DNA of 64,000 nt, from NCBI GenBank assembly GCA_963704885.1, contig CAVPIB010000004.1, forward strand, positions 224,001 through 288,000. The letters are read 5' to 3'. The notes below the pieces were generated by a model that saw nothing but the letters and a program-made list of their open reading frames with translations, was not told the origin of the DNA and ran no database searches. Numbering within the stretch: position 1 is the stretch's first letter; each line of letters begins with the position of its first letter. The translations under genes and the position numbers were made by a program. Origin of the DNA: an uncultured Actinomycetes bacterium. Lineage in GTDB: Bacteria; Actinomycetota; UBA4738; HRBIN12. Shown here piece after piece: positions 36,953 through 45,425 of the stretch.

Positions 36953-37324
36953 TCAGCCCGACTCGTCCTCCAGCCCGTACTTCGTGACCAAAGAGAGGTA
37001 GTCGCGCTGATAGAAGACCTTGCACCGGATCTCGGGGTAGCGCTCACGCAGTCGGCGCACCTTGCGGTTCTTCTTGGTAACGAGCTTCTGGTTGAGCGTG
37101 GTTATCTCGATGTAGAGGTCGTACGTAGGAAGATAGAAGTCGGGCGTGAACCGCTGCAGGACGTTGCCGTTCGTGTCCCAGTCGATGTCGAACGACGTCG
37201 GCTCGTACTCCCACTCGATCTCGTAGAAGTCCAGCAACTGCGCGAATTGACGTTCGCTCGCGTGGGCGAATGGGGTGCTGTCGCTCTTGCCGAGTTCGTC
37301 GGGAGCGGCGGGCTGAGCGCTCAC
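36953..37324 (-). CDS. Small PD-(D/E)xK nuclease-like hypothetical protein
   Basis: SE..FA..LD, WEYEP, FTPDFYLP, IEITT. Confidence 0.7.
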   Translation of the reverse strand: MSAQPAAPDELGKSDSTPFAHASERQFAQLLDFYEIEWEYEPTSFDIDWDTNGNVLQRFTPDFYLPTYDLYIEITTLNQKLVTKKNRKVRRLRERYPEIRCKVFYQRDYLSLVTKYGLEDESG

Positions 37325-37782
37325 GACCCTCCGGCTGCCGAACGCCCGGTCTTCCGCGTTGCCAGGGCCCCCTCGAGGTCGTCCCACACCTTGTCCAATG
37401 CGATAGCGAACACGCCCTGCCCCTTGTTGAGGAGGTCGATCACCGCCTCAGGCGAGTGTGCCTCGTAGACCCCCTTGCCGTCGGACATCAGCGTCACCCC
37501 GTGGGTCGGGCGGTCCATCTCTTGGAGGTATTCGATCGCCTTGCGCACGCGCTGGAGCGAGATCCCGGTATCGAGCAGGTTCTTGATGACCCGCAACGAG
37601 ACCAGGTCCTGGAAGGAGTACAGGCGCTGGGTCCCCGATCCGTGGGCGTCGCGGACGGATGGGGTTACCAGATCCGTTCTGGCCCAGTAATCCAACTGGC
37701 GGTAGGTGATGCCGACTATCCGGCAGACATCCGGAACGCGATAACCCTGATCTCCGGCGACTCGGTAGCCCTGTTCGCTCAT
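37321..37782 (-). CDS. MerR-family regulator (Rv1830-like)
   Basis: GITYRQLDYWART, GSGTQRLYSF, GQGVFAI; TTGACA-N17-TAAGCT promoter at 37815-37843. Confidence 0.92.
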   Translation of the reverse strand: MSEQGYRVAGDQGYRVPDVCRIVGITYRQLDYWARTDLVTPSVRDAHGSGTQRLYSFQDLVSLRVIKNLLDTGISLQRVRKAIEYLQEMDRPTHGVTLMSDGKGVYEAHSPEAVIDLLNKGQGVFAIALDKVWDDLEGALATRKTGRSAAGGS

Positions 37783-37874
37783 CACAGCTCCGTAATTACG
37801 TGGGTGTGGCGCTGAGCTTAGGTGGGCTCCCGGGGCCTGTCAACGGGGGGACACGACCTTCCCCCGTTCGGGGC

Positions 37875-37902
37875 TCAAGGAGGCCATGGGAGCCGCCGAT
37901 GG
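37875..37902 (+). promoter_or_regulatory. FliA/WhiG (sigma28)-type promoter candidate
   Basis: (C)TCAAG-N15-GCCGATGG, with CCCCGTTCGGGG upstream. Confidence 0.6.
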
Positions 37903-37947
37903 TCCCTAGACAGGAAGGACCACACCCGGATGTGCATAAGGGGCGAC

Positions 37948-38454
37948 ATGGGCAGCGAGCGCATACGAGATCGGCTCCATCCACGATCGGCGGTCGTCGC
38001 GACCGCGATCGCCGTCACGGTGCTCGTGGGCCTCATCCCCTCACCCGTTCGGGCGACCCCCCGACCTGCCCCCGTCGACACGCGGAGCGAAGTCGGAGCG
38101 GAGGCCTGGCAGCTCTTCCGTGCAACCAATGCGAGCCGTGGACGTTTCGATGTCCCCAAACTCAGACTGAACCGCGAGATGTCCCAGGTGGCACGGCGCC
38201 ACAGCCTGGCGATGGCCCGTGGAGGCGAGCTGTTCCACTCCGGCGACGTAGATGTCTACCTGAACGGGATCTCGTGGCACACCTGGGGCGAGAACGTCGG
38301 CTTCACCCCTGGAGGCGTGAAGAGCATCCAGGACGCCTTCATGAAGAGCGCACCTCACCGGACCAACGTGCTGAGCCGCGCGTTCCACCGCGTGGCGATC
38401 GGGGCGGTCAGGGTGGACGGCGTGTTGTGGGTGACGGTCTTCTTCTACGGCTGA
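37948..38454 (+). CDS. Secreted CAP/SCP domain protein
   Basis: Signal-like hydrophobic stretch; N..R, ARRHSLAMA, GENVG, SAPHRTNVL. Confidence 0.85.
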   Translation: MGSERIRDRLHPRSAVVATAIAVTVLVGLIPSPVRATPRPAPVDTRSEVGAEAWQLFRATNASRGRFDVPKLRLNREMSQVARRHSLAMARGGELFHSGDVDVYLNGISWHTWGENVGFTPGGVKSIQDAFMKSAPHRTNVLSRAFHRVAIGAVRVDGVLWVTVFFYG

Positions 38455-38481
38455 GAAAGGCCGCGATCCGTCACGCCGAGG

Positions 38482-38955
38482 CTATCCATCGAAGTCCTCC
38501 GGCTTGACGTTGTCCAGGAACTCCCTGAACTTCTCCACCTCTTCATCCTCGTCACCCGGGATCAGGATCGACGCCTCCGCCAACACGTCTTCGTGCGCGA
38601 AGATCGGGGCCGACATCCTGACCGCGAGCGCGATCGCGTCCGACGGTCGAGATGAGACCTCGAAGCTATCCTCGCCCTTCAGGAGATGGATCGTGGCGAA
38701 GTACGTGCTTTCGCGGAGCTCCGTGACCTCGATCCGCTGCACCTCGACCGTCAGGTCCTCCAGGATCGTCTTCATCAGGTCGTGGGTCATCGGCCGCGGG
38801 GTCTGGACCCCTTGCAGCGAGAGCGCGATCGCCGCCGCCTCCGCGGCTCCGATCCAGATCGGGAGGTAGCGCTCGCCGCCCCGCTCCCGCAGCAGCACGA
38901 TCGGCTGGTTCGAGGGCAGCTCCACGCGTACACCGGTCAGTTCCATCTCGATCAT
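38482..38955 (-). CDS. Bifunctional nuclease family (DUF151, Rv1829-like)
   Basis: LPIWIG..EA.AI, RPMTHDL, RPSDAIALA. Confidence 0.92.
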   Translation of the reverse strand: MIEMELTGVRVELPSNQPIVLLRERGGERYLPIWIGAAEAAAIALSLQGVQTPRPMTHDLMKTILEDLTVEVQRIEVTELRESTYFATIHLLKGEDSFEVSSRPSDAIALAVRMSAPIFAHEDVLAEASILIPGDEDEEVEKFREFLDNVKPEDFDG

Positions 38956-38998
38956 GGGCTCACCCGCACTGTAGAGGCGGCCTCATGGACGGGCAACC

Positions 38999-39575
38999 TC
39001 ACGGCGATGTGAGCAACGGCGCGAGCACGTCGGGATCCTCACGGAGCGCTTTGAGGTCGTCGACGGCCAGGATGTCGGCCAGGTTGCGGTACCGCTCCGC
39101 GAAGTCCAGTCCGTATCCGACGACGAACCGATCGGGGCAGTCGAAGCCCGTGTAGCGAACCGAGAGCGGCGCGATACGCCGGACCGACTTGTCGAGCAGC
39201 GCACAGACCTCGAGCGAGGCGGGGGCGCGAGCGCGCAGGACCGACATGAGGTACGAAAGCGTGAGGCCCGTGTCCACGATGTCTTCGATGAGCAGCACGT
39301 CGCGCCCGGCCAGGTCCACGTCGAGATCGAGGAGGATCTGCACGCGGCCCAGCGATTCCTCGGCGTCCCCGTAGCGGCTTATGGCCATGAAGTGCACCTC
39401 CAGGGGGATGGGCAAGTGCACGGATCAGGTCCGCGAGGAACACGGTTCCGCCCTTCAGGACCGAGACGAGGACGGGTTCCCGCTCCGCGTAGTCCCCGGT
39501 TATGGCGCGGCCGAGCTCCTCGACGCGGCGGCGGATGTCCTCGCGTCCGTACAGGACGCTCGCGACCTCCGTCAT
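38999..39575 (-). pseudogene. hpt: Hypoxanthine phosphoribosyltransferase split by a 1-nt frameshift
   Basis: N-half (VLKGGTVFLADLIRA) and C-half (LPIPLEVHF, LIEDIVDTGLTL, FVVGYGLD) in different frames near 39415. Confidence 0.85.
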
Positions 39576-39626
39576 CGGCCCGGAGCCTAGCAGTCCCGAC
39601 CCCAAGGATCCGGGAACCACAGCGGA

Positions 39627-40904
39627 TCAGGCCGCGACGGCGCGGAACGCGGACGTGAGCGCGTCGGCTACAGCGCCCGCGGCTCGCTCCCACCAAGGAG
39701 CATCCTCGATCGGAGGAGGAGGAGGCACCGACGACACCACGAGAGGCACACGCCCCACGGTGAGACCGGGGATGGTCACCTTGAGCGCCGCTACGCGCTC
39801 CCCCGGCGTCGGCGGGTAGGCGACGCCGGGCCGCACGATGATCTGCAGTCTCGTGGCCCCGACCGAGGCGGTGGGCACGAGCGCCTCCAGATCGCCCCCG
39901 GTCTCGACAGGGACGCTTCCTCCGGGGAGCGTCACCACGCCGGCCGGCTCGCCGGCCGACACGAACGTGTGCCGCGTGAACGCGGAGAACCCGTGGTTGA
40001 GGAGCGCGGCGGCGTCGGAGAATGCGTCGTTCGGAGCGCCGAGCACGACCGCGACCAGTCTCCGGCCGTCCCGTTCCGCGGAGGCGACGACACAGAAACC
40101 CGCTCGCGACGTGAACCCGGTCTTCACTCCCGTCGCACCCGGGTAGAGCCACAGCAGCGCGTCCCGGTTCTGGATCTGGCGATCGATGCCGTCGGGGCCT
40201 GGGATCGTGTGGAACCGTGAGGCGGCGACGGCCGAGAACCCGGCGGTCCTCATCGCGGCTCGGGTAAGGATCGCCAGGTCGCGGGCGGTGGAGAGGCCGC
40301 GGTCGTCCAGTCCGTTCGGCGAGAAGAAGCGAGTGTGACGCATGCCCAGCCGGAGGGCGCGTGCGTTCATCCTCTTCACGAAGCGAGCTACCGATCCGTC
40401 GACGTGATCGGCGAGTGCGACGGCGGCGTCGTTGGCCGACTGGAGCAGGAGCGCGTAGAGGAGGTCTCGGACCGAGATCTGCTCCCCCTCGCGGAGCCCG
40501 AGCGCCGATATGCCCGATAGGTCGTCCTCTGCGATGACGGCGTCAGTGGCGACGGTCACGATGTCGGTCAGGTCGGCGCGCTCCAACACCAGGACCGCGG
40601 TCATGATCTTCGTGAGGCTTGCGATCGCGCGCTCGGCATCTGGGTTCTCGACGAACAACACTTGGCCGCTGTCTTGGTCTATGAGGATCGCGGACGCCGC
40701 GGAGAGCTCGGGCGTGGACAGAGCGTCGGTGGGCGTGTGCAGGACCTGTGGGAACGGGGACAGTGAGCCGTCGGGCGGGACCGGCGTAGGCGGTGGACCG
40801 GCGGCGAGCTGCGCCCCCGCCCAGCCGCTCAGCGCGGACATCACCGCCAGGGTGAGTAACACCATCAGGGCGGTGCGGCCCACCCTCGGCCGGCGGGGTA
40901 TCAC
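39627..40904 (-). CDS. D-alanyl-D-alanine carboxypeptidase (S11)
   Basis: SLTK, SAND and KTG motifs; signal peptide. Confidence 0.92.
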   Translation of the reverse strand: MIPRRPRVGRTALMVLLTLAVMSALSGWAGAQLAAGPPPTPVPPDGSLSPFPQVLHTPTDALSTPELSAASAILIDQDSGQVLFVENPDAERAIASLTKIMTAVLVLERADLTDIVTVATDAVIAEDDLSGISALGLREGEQISVRDLLYALLLQSANDAAVALADHVDGSVARFVKRMNARALRLGMRHTRFFSPNGLDDRGLSTARDLAILTRAAMRTAGFSAVAASRFHTIPGPDGIDRQIQNRDALLWLYPGATGVKTGFTSRAGFCVVASAERDGRRLVAVVLGAPNDAFSDAAALLNHGFSAFTRHTFVSAGEPAGVVTLPGGSVPVETGGDLEALVPTASVGATRLQIIVRPGVAYPPTPGERVAALKVTIPGLTVGRVPLVVSSVPPPPPIEDAPWWERAAGAVADALTSAFRAVAA

Positions 40905-41629
40905 GCGCTGTGGAGGTGACCCCGCAGGTTCGCTCGCAGGAGCGCCTGCTTGAACTTCCGGGACGTCACCGCCAGATCGCCGAGCGCCTGAGAGGCGGCG
41001 CGGCGGGCGTCGGGGTTCTTCTGTCGAAGCGTCGGCGCAACGATCGTCTGGAAGAAGTCCGATTCCCGTTCCTCGAAATGCTTGTACATCGTCAGGTGAC
41101 GCGGTTCCACCCCGAACCGGAAGAAGTCCTTAACGATCGAGAGCACGATGTAGTCGTCTCCGTCGTAGTAGCGGGCTCCGTCGGGGCCGTGCGAGCACAC
41201 GATGCCGAAGGATTCGAGCTCCTTGATCCGATCGCGCTCGACACCGGTGGCGGCCGACATCTCCTCGAGCGACATCTGCAACCCGGTCGGCGCCTCCGCC
41301 AGCTCTTCGCTGGGCGCACCGTCGCCGCCCGACCCGCCGTCCGATCCGGCACCGTCCTCATCGAGTCCGTCTCCGTCGCCCCCCTGACTGAGGAGGCGCT
41401 CCTTGATCACCTTCAGCGGCAGGTACTCATCGCGCTGCATCCGCAGGATCGACTTCAGGCGATCGACGTCGTCCACGTAGAACTTCCGGTACCCCGACGG
41501 CGTGCGCTCCGGTTCGATCAACCCCTCGGCTTCCAAGAACCGGATCTTCGAGATGGTGATGTCGGGGAACTCGGTCTTCACCGACACCAACACCTCCCCG
41601 ATCGACTGGTAGTTGCGTGTGCCCGCCAT
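40901..41629 (-). CDS. MerR-family regulator (FtsR/Rv1828-like)
   Basis: SIGEVL, FPDITISKIRFLE, RTPSGYRK, YLPLKVIK, GVEPRHL. Confidence 0.9.
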   Translation of the reverse strand: MAGTRNYQSIGEVLVSVKTEFPDITISKIRFLEAEGLIEPERTPSGYRKFYVDDVDRLKSILRMQRDEYLPLKVIKERLLSQGGDGDGLDEDGAGSDGGSGGDGAPSEELAEAPTGLQMSLEEMSAATGVERDRIKELESFGIVCSHGPDGARYYDGDDYIVLSIVKDFFRFGVEPRHLTMYKHFEERESDFFQTIVAPTLRQKNPDARRAASQALGDLAVTSRKFKQALLRANLRGHLHSA

Positions 41630-41636
41630 CGTCACA

Positions 41637-42098
41637 TCACTCCCCCGCAACGAAGAACACCAGCTTGAACATCCCGATCTGCACCTCATCACCCGATGCG
41701 AGCTTCGTCTCCTCGACCTGCTCGCCGTTCACGTACGTCCCGTTCAGGCTGCCGGAGTCTCGAACGAAGAACGAGCCATCCTCGTGCCGAAGGATCGACG
41801 CATGGGCGCGCGACACGGTGATGTCGTCCAGGAAGACATGGCTATCCGTGTTGCGACCTACCGATGTCTCGTCGCGTTCGATCAGGAACGTCGACCCTGC
41901 GTTCGGACCACGCTTCACCAGAAGGAGACCCTGCCCTGCTTCCAGCTCGTCATGAGGGAACGGGAAGTCACCCTGACCCTCATCGTCGCTCTCGACTGGG
42001 GTGAGAGTGACCGTCGGGTCATCCTTCAGGGGACGACCACACTCCGCGCAGAAACGCGCGTCGTCGCGATTGGGATGTCCACAGTGGGTGCAGAACAC
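41637..42098 (-). CDS. garA: FHA-domain protein GarA/OdhI-like with N-terminal zinc ribbon
   Basis: CTHCG..CAECG; GPNAGS, GR, LDDITVSRAH, SLNGTYVN. Confidence 0.85.
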   Translation of the reverse strand: MFCTHCGHPNRDDARFCAECGRPLKDDPTVTLTPVESDDEGQGDFPFPHDELEAGQGLLLVKRGPNAGSTFLIERDETSVGRNTDSHVFLDDITVSRAHASILRHEDGSFFVRDSGSLNGTYVNGEQVEETKLASGDEVQIGMFKLVFFVAGE

Positions 42099-42267
42099 CG
42101 TCAGGTCTCCCTCGAACCCGGCCTCATGCGAAGGATAGAGGTTGGGGAAGACCCTCGACCCTGTACCGCGCGTGGACGTTATCGCAGCACATCCAGAGGG
42201 TCAACCGTGCCTAGGGGCAACCCTCGACCCTCGACGACCCCAACGCTCCACCATGGGTGGACGACCT

Positions 42268-42651
42268 CTACGCCCCTTCGACGAAGGCTCTATACGCATC
42301 GGCTTCCATCAGTCCGTCGAACGCCGCGGGGTCGGCCGGGTCCACGAGGACGAGCCATCCGTCCCCGTAGGGTTGCTCGTTCACGAGCTCGGGATGCTCG
42401 TCCAGCAGCGGGTTCCGCTCGACGATGGCTCCATCGACGGGGCAGAAGACGTCGGACACGGACTTCGTTGACTCCACCTCACCGAAGGTTCGGTGAGCCT
42501 GAACGGTAGCGCCGACCTCGGGGAGATCTACGTAAACCACATCGCCCAAAGCGTCCTGGGCATAGTCCGTGATCCCGACGCGGATCCGGTCACCCTCGGC
42601 CCGTGCCCACTCGTGCTCTTCGGTGTAGCGGAGTTCCTGCGGGTATTCCAC
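42268..42651 (-). CDS. gcvH: Glycine cleavage system H protein
   Basis: YTEEHEW, GITDYAQDALGD, ESTKSVS lipoyl Lys, PYGDGWL. Confidence 0.96.
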   Translation of the reverse strand: MEYPQELRYTEEHEWARAEGDRIRVGITDYAQDALGDVVYVDLPEVGATVQAHRTFGEVESTKSVSDVFCPVDGAIVERNPLLDEHPELVNEQPYGDGWLVLVDPADPAAFDGLMEADAYRAFVEGA

Positions 42652-42716
42652 GTGGCTCTCCTTCTGTGCGTGAGGTCGACGGCGGCAACGATAGCTCCTG
42701 GCGCCCCCCGGGTGTC

Positions 42717-43304
42717 CTAGCGCTGCTTCGCGAGAGTTCTGCGGATGTCGCCGACGTACATGCCTGCCGCCACGTAGGACTCCGTGATGCCCACCGCGAA
42801 CGCCCCCCACCCGAGCACTAGGAGCGCAGGGCCGAGAGGGAGCTCGAGGTTGCCCCAGGCGATACTGGGGATGGCGCACATCAGCGTGAAGGTCGCCACC
42901 TTGCCGATCGTCCGAACCTCGATCCTCAGATGGTGTCTGGTCAGGAGCACCGCACCAACCAGGAGGATCGCCGCGTCCCTGGCCAGGACCAGGAGCGCCG
43001 CCCACAGCGGGAACACGCCGCGCACCACGAGGGCGATCGAACCCGCCGCGATCGCCAGACGGTCTGCCGTTGGGTCCAGGACCTTGCCCAGCTCGGAGAC
43101 CTGTCCGGTCCGCCTGGCAACCCATCCATCGACCCAGTCGGTCGCCATGACGGCGGCGAACAGGACCAACCCCCAGGTCGTGGTCGACGGGCGGACGATC
43201 AGGATCACGAACGCCGGTATGAGCAGGATGCGCAAGGACGACACGAGGTTCGGGATGGTGAACACGTCCGACGACGCCCGGTCGGAGTCGTTCGTCCCCT
43301 TCAT
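42717..43304 (-). CDS. CDP-alcohol phosphatidyltransferase (PgsA2-like)
   Basis: TIPN..S.LR, DWVDGWVAR...G..LDP.AD motif. Confidence 0.9.
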   Translation of the reverse strand: MKGTNDSDRASSDVFTIPNLVSSLRILLIPAFVILIVRPSTTTWGLVLFAAVMATDWVDGWVARRTGQVSELGKVLDPTADRLAIAAGSIALVVRGVFPLWAALLVLARDAAILLVGAVLLTRHHLRIEVRTIGKVATFTLMCAIPSIAWGNLELPLGPALLVLGWGAFAVGITESYVAAGMYVGDIRRTLAKQR

Positions 43305-43307
43305 CGG

Positions 43308-43381
43308 TCGGGACGGCGGGACTTGAACCCGCGACCCCTGGTCCCCCAGACCAGTGCGCTACCAGACTGCGCCACGTCCCG
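43308..43381 (-). tRNA. tRNA-Pro(GGG)
   Basis: Cloverleaf: acceptor CGGGACG/CGTCCCG, anticodon stem CTGGT/ACCAG with GGG, T-loop TTCAAGT; 3' end reads ACCG. Confidence 0.95.
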
Positions 43382-43439
43382 AAGGCGCCATCGTATCAAG
43401 GTGGAGCCCACGGACCCTGCAGTGACCAGCGAGGACGCC

Positions 43440-43460
43440 ACTAGTCCGTCCCAGACTAGC
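43440..43460 (-). repeat. 21-bp imperfect palindrome GCTAGTCTG-NNN-CGGACTAGT, copy 2 (inverted)
   Basis: Reverse complement is GCTAGTCTGGGACGGACTAGT. Confidence 0.6.
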
Positions 43461-44769
43461 CGCGCCTCGATCCTCCGCCGCGCTTACGCGGACGGAACGT
43501 CAGCCGGATCGGTATGCCGTTCCACCCGAACGTACGTCTCAAGAGATTCTCCAGGTAGCGCTGGTACCCGGGGTCCGGCTCACGTGCACCTCCGAAGATC
43601 ACGAAGCTCGGCGGACCGGCCGAGACCTGGGTGGCGTAGTGGAGAGAACCGGCGTTCCGCGCGGTGGGACGGCGAGCCTGCGCGTCCTGGAGGACCTCGT
43701 TCACCTTGGCGGTCGGAACGCGGCGGCTCCATCGTCCATGCAGGTCCAGCAGGATCGGAGGCAGGCGGTGGACGCCCTGACCCTTCGTGGCGGAGGTCCG
43801 GATCGCCTCGGCCGCGGCGAAGAGGCCGACGTCTTCCTGCAGACGCTTGAACGTTCGGTCCTTCTCCTCGACCAGATCCCACTTGTTCGCGGCCACGAGC
43901 AGGCCTCGACCAGCCTCCATCACTCGGACGGCGATCTTCTTGTCCTCAGACGTGAACCCCTCAGGAGCCTCGATCACCAGGACGGCCACGTGTGCCCGAT
44001 CGATAGCGCGAGTTGCCCGCACGAAGCTGTAGAACTCCAAGCCCCGCACCTTGGTCTGGCGACGCATGCCGGCGGTGTCGACGAACCGCACCGGCCCGTC
44101 CGGCCACTCGAGGACCGCATCGACGCTGTCTCGGGTGGTCCCGGCTTCTTCGAAGACCACCGAACGCTCCTGTCCCACCAGGGAGTTGAAGATGGACGAC
44201 TTGCCCACGTTCGGCCTGCCGACGAGCGCGAACCGTGGCTCCTCGGCAGGTTCATCGATCGGCTCCGGGGTGTGGGGTAAGAGCTGGATCATCCGATCCA
44301 GGAGGTCGCCCGCTCCCCGCCCGTGCATCGCTGACACGGGCATCGGCTCGCCGAGTCCCAAGGAGTACAGAGCCGAAGCGTCGGCCTCGTCCCGATCCGA
44401 ATCGACCTTGTTCGCTACCAGGAGTACCGGGGTGGTGGCTCGCCGCAGCCGGCGAGCCAGGCTGGCGTCCTCGCTCGTGGCGCCCGCTTGCGCATCCACG
44501 ACCAGCAGGACGACGTCCGCCTCGGTTGCGGCTCGTTCGGCCTGTCCGGCGACGAGCGACTCGATCCCCCTCGCGGCGTGCGTGTACCCGCCGGTGTCGA
44601 CCAATATGAACCGCCGGCCGCGCCAGGAAGCCTCCATCTCCACCCGGTCGCGCGTTACCCCGGGGGTCTCGTGTGCGATCGTCTCACGCCGACCGAACAG
44701 TCGGTTCACCAAGGTGGACTTCCCGACGTTCTGGCGACCGACTACCGCCACCTTGGGAAGGCGCGTCAT
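43456..44769 (-). CDS. der: Ribosome biogenesis GTPase Der/EngA
   Basis: Two G-domains (GRQNVGKS, GRPNVGKS; DTGG/DTAG; NKVD/NKWD) plus KH-like tail. Confidence 0.96.
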   Translation of the reverse strand: MTRLPKVAVVGRQNVGKSTLVNRLFGRRETIAHETPGVTRDRVEMEASWRGRRFILVDTGGYTHAARGIESLVAGQAERAATEADVVLLVVDAQAGATSEDASLARRLRRATTPVLLVANKVDSDRDEADASALYSLGLGEPMPVSAMHGRGAGDLLDRMIQLLPHTPEPIDEPAEEPRFALVGRPNVGKSSIFNSLVGQERSVVFEEAGTTRDSVDAVLEWPDGPVRFVDTAGMRRQTKVRGLEFYSFVRATRAIDRAHVAVLVIEAPEGFTSEDKKIAVRVMEAGRGLLVAANKWDLVEEKDRTFKRLQEDVGLFAAAEAIRTSATKGQGVHRLPPILLDLHGRWSRRVPTAKVNEVLQDAQARRPTARNAGSLHYATQVSAGPPSFVIFGGAREPDPGYQRYLENLLRRTFGWNGIPIRLTFRPRKRGGGSRRG

Positions 44770-45425
44770 CGGGCGACCTCCGGTAGCCGCGTGAACACGA
44801 CGGCCAGCGCGGCTTCCAGGGTCTCGCTCACGGTCTTATCGCCGGTGTCCAGGACCTCAGCACCCGGTGCCGGCTCGAACGGATTCACGACGGAGTCCCT
44901 AGCGTCGCGCTGGTGCAACGCTGACCCGACCGCGGGATCCGCCGCGCCGCGCTCTGCCGCGCGTCGCTCGATCCGCGTGTCGGCGGATGCTGTCAGGAAC
45001 AGCTTCACCGGAGCGTCGGGGAACACGATCGTGCCGATGTCTCGGCCTTCGACCACCGCATCAGGAGACCCGAGCGCACGCTGCGCCCGGCGCATGAGCT
45101 CCCGGACCTGCGGATGCCTCGCGACCTGCGAAACGTGCTCTTCAACCCGATCGCTCTCCAGGGCCGACGAAGGGGGGGAACCCTCGACCTCGAGCTCGGG
45201 AGACGCACCAGCTCCCAGGCTGAACCTCAACTCTCGCGTGAGCTCCGCGAGAGCGTCGCCGTTGCCTGGATCCACCCCCGCCTCGATCGCGGCGAGCGTC
45301 AGCGCTCGATACATGACGCCCGTGTTCACGTACGGCACACGGAGTTCACGTGCGAGGCCGCGAGCGAGCGTACTCTTGCCCGATCCGGCCGAGCCGTCGA
45401 TCGCTATCACGCGGAGGTCGGTCAT
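44766..45425 (-). CDS. cmk: Cytidylate kinase
   Basis: IAIDGSAGSGKST, TGVMYRA, EGRDIGT. Confidence 0.93.
   Translation of the reverse strand: MTDLRVIAIDGSAGSGKSTLARGLARELRVPYVNTGVMYRALTLAAIEAGVDPGNGDALAELTRELRFSLGAGASPELEVEGSPPSSALESDRVEEHVSQVARHPQVRELMRRAQRALGSPDAVVEGRDIGTIVFPDAPVKLFLTASADTRIERRAAERGAADPAVGSALHQRDARDSVVNPFEPAPGAEVLDTGDKTVSETLEAALAVVFTRLPEVAR

Noticed and set aside
42645-42654. Partial parS-like matches (TTCCACGTGG here; GTTCCACGTG near 3074)
   Set aside because: Only one arm matches; explained by coding sequence.
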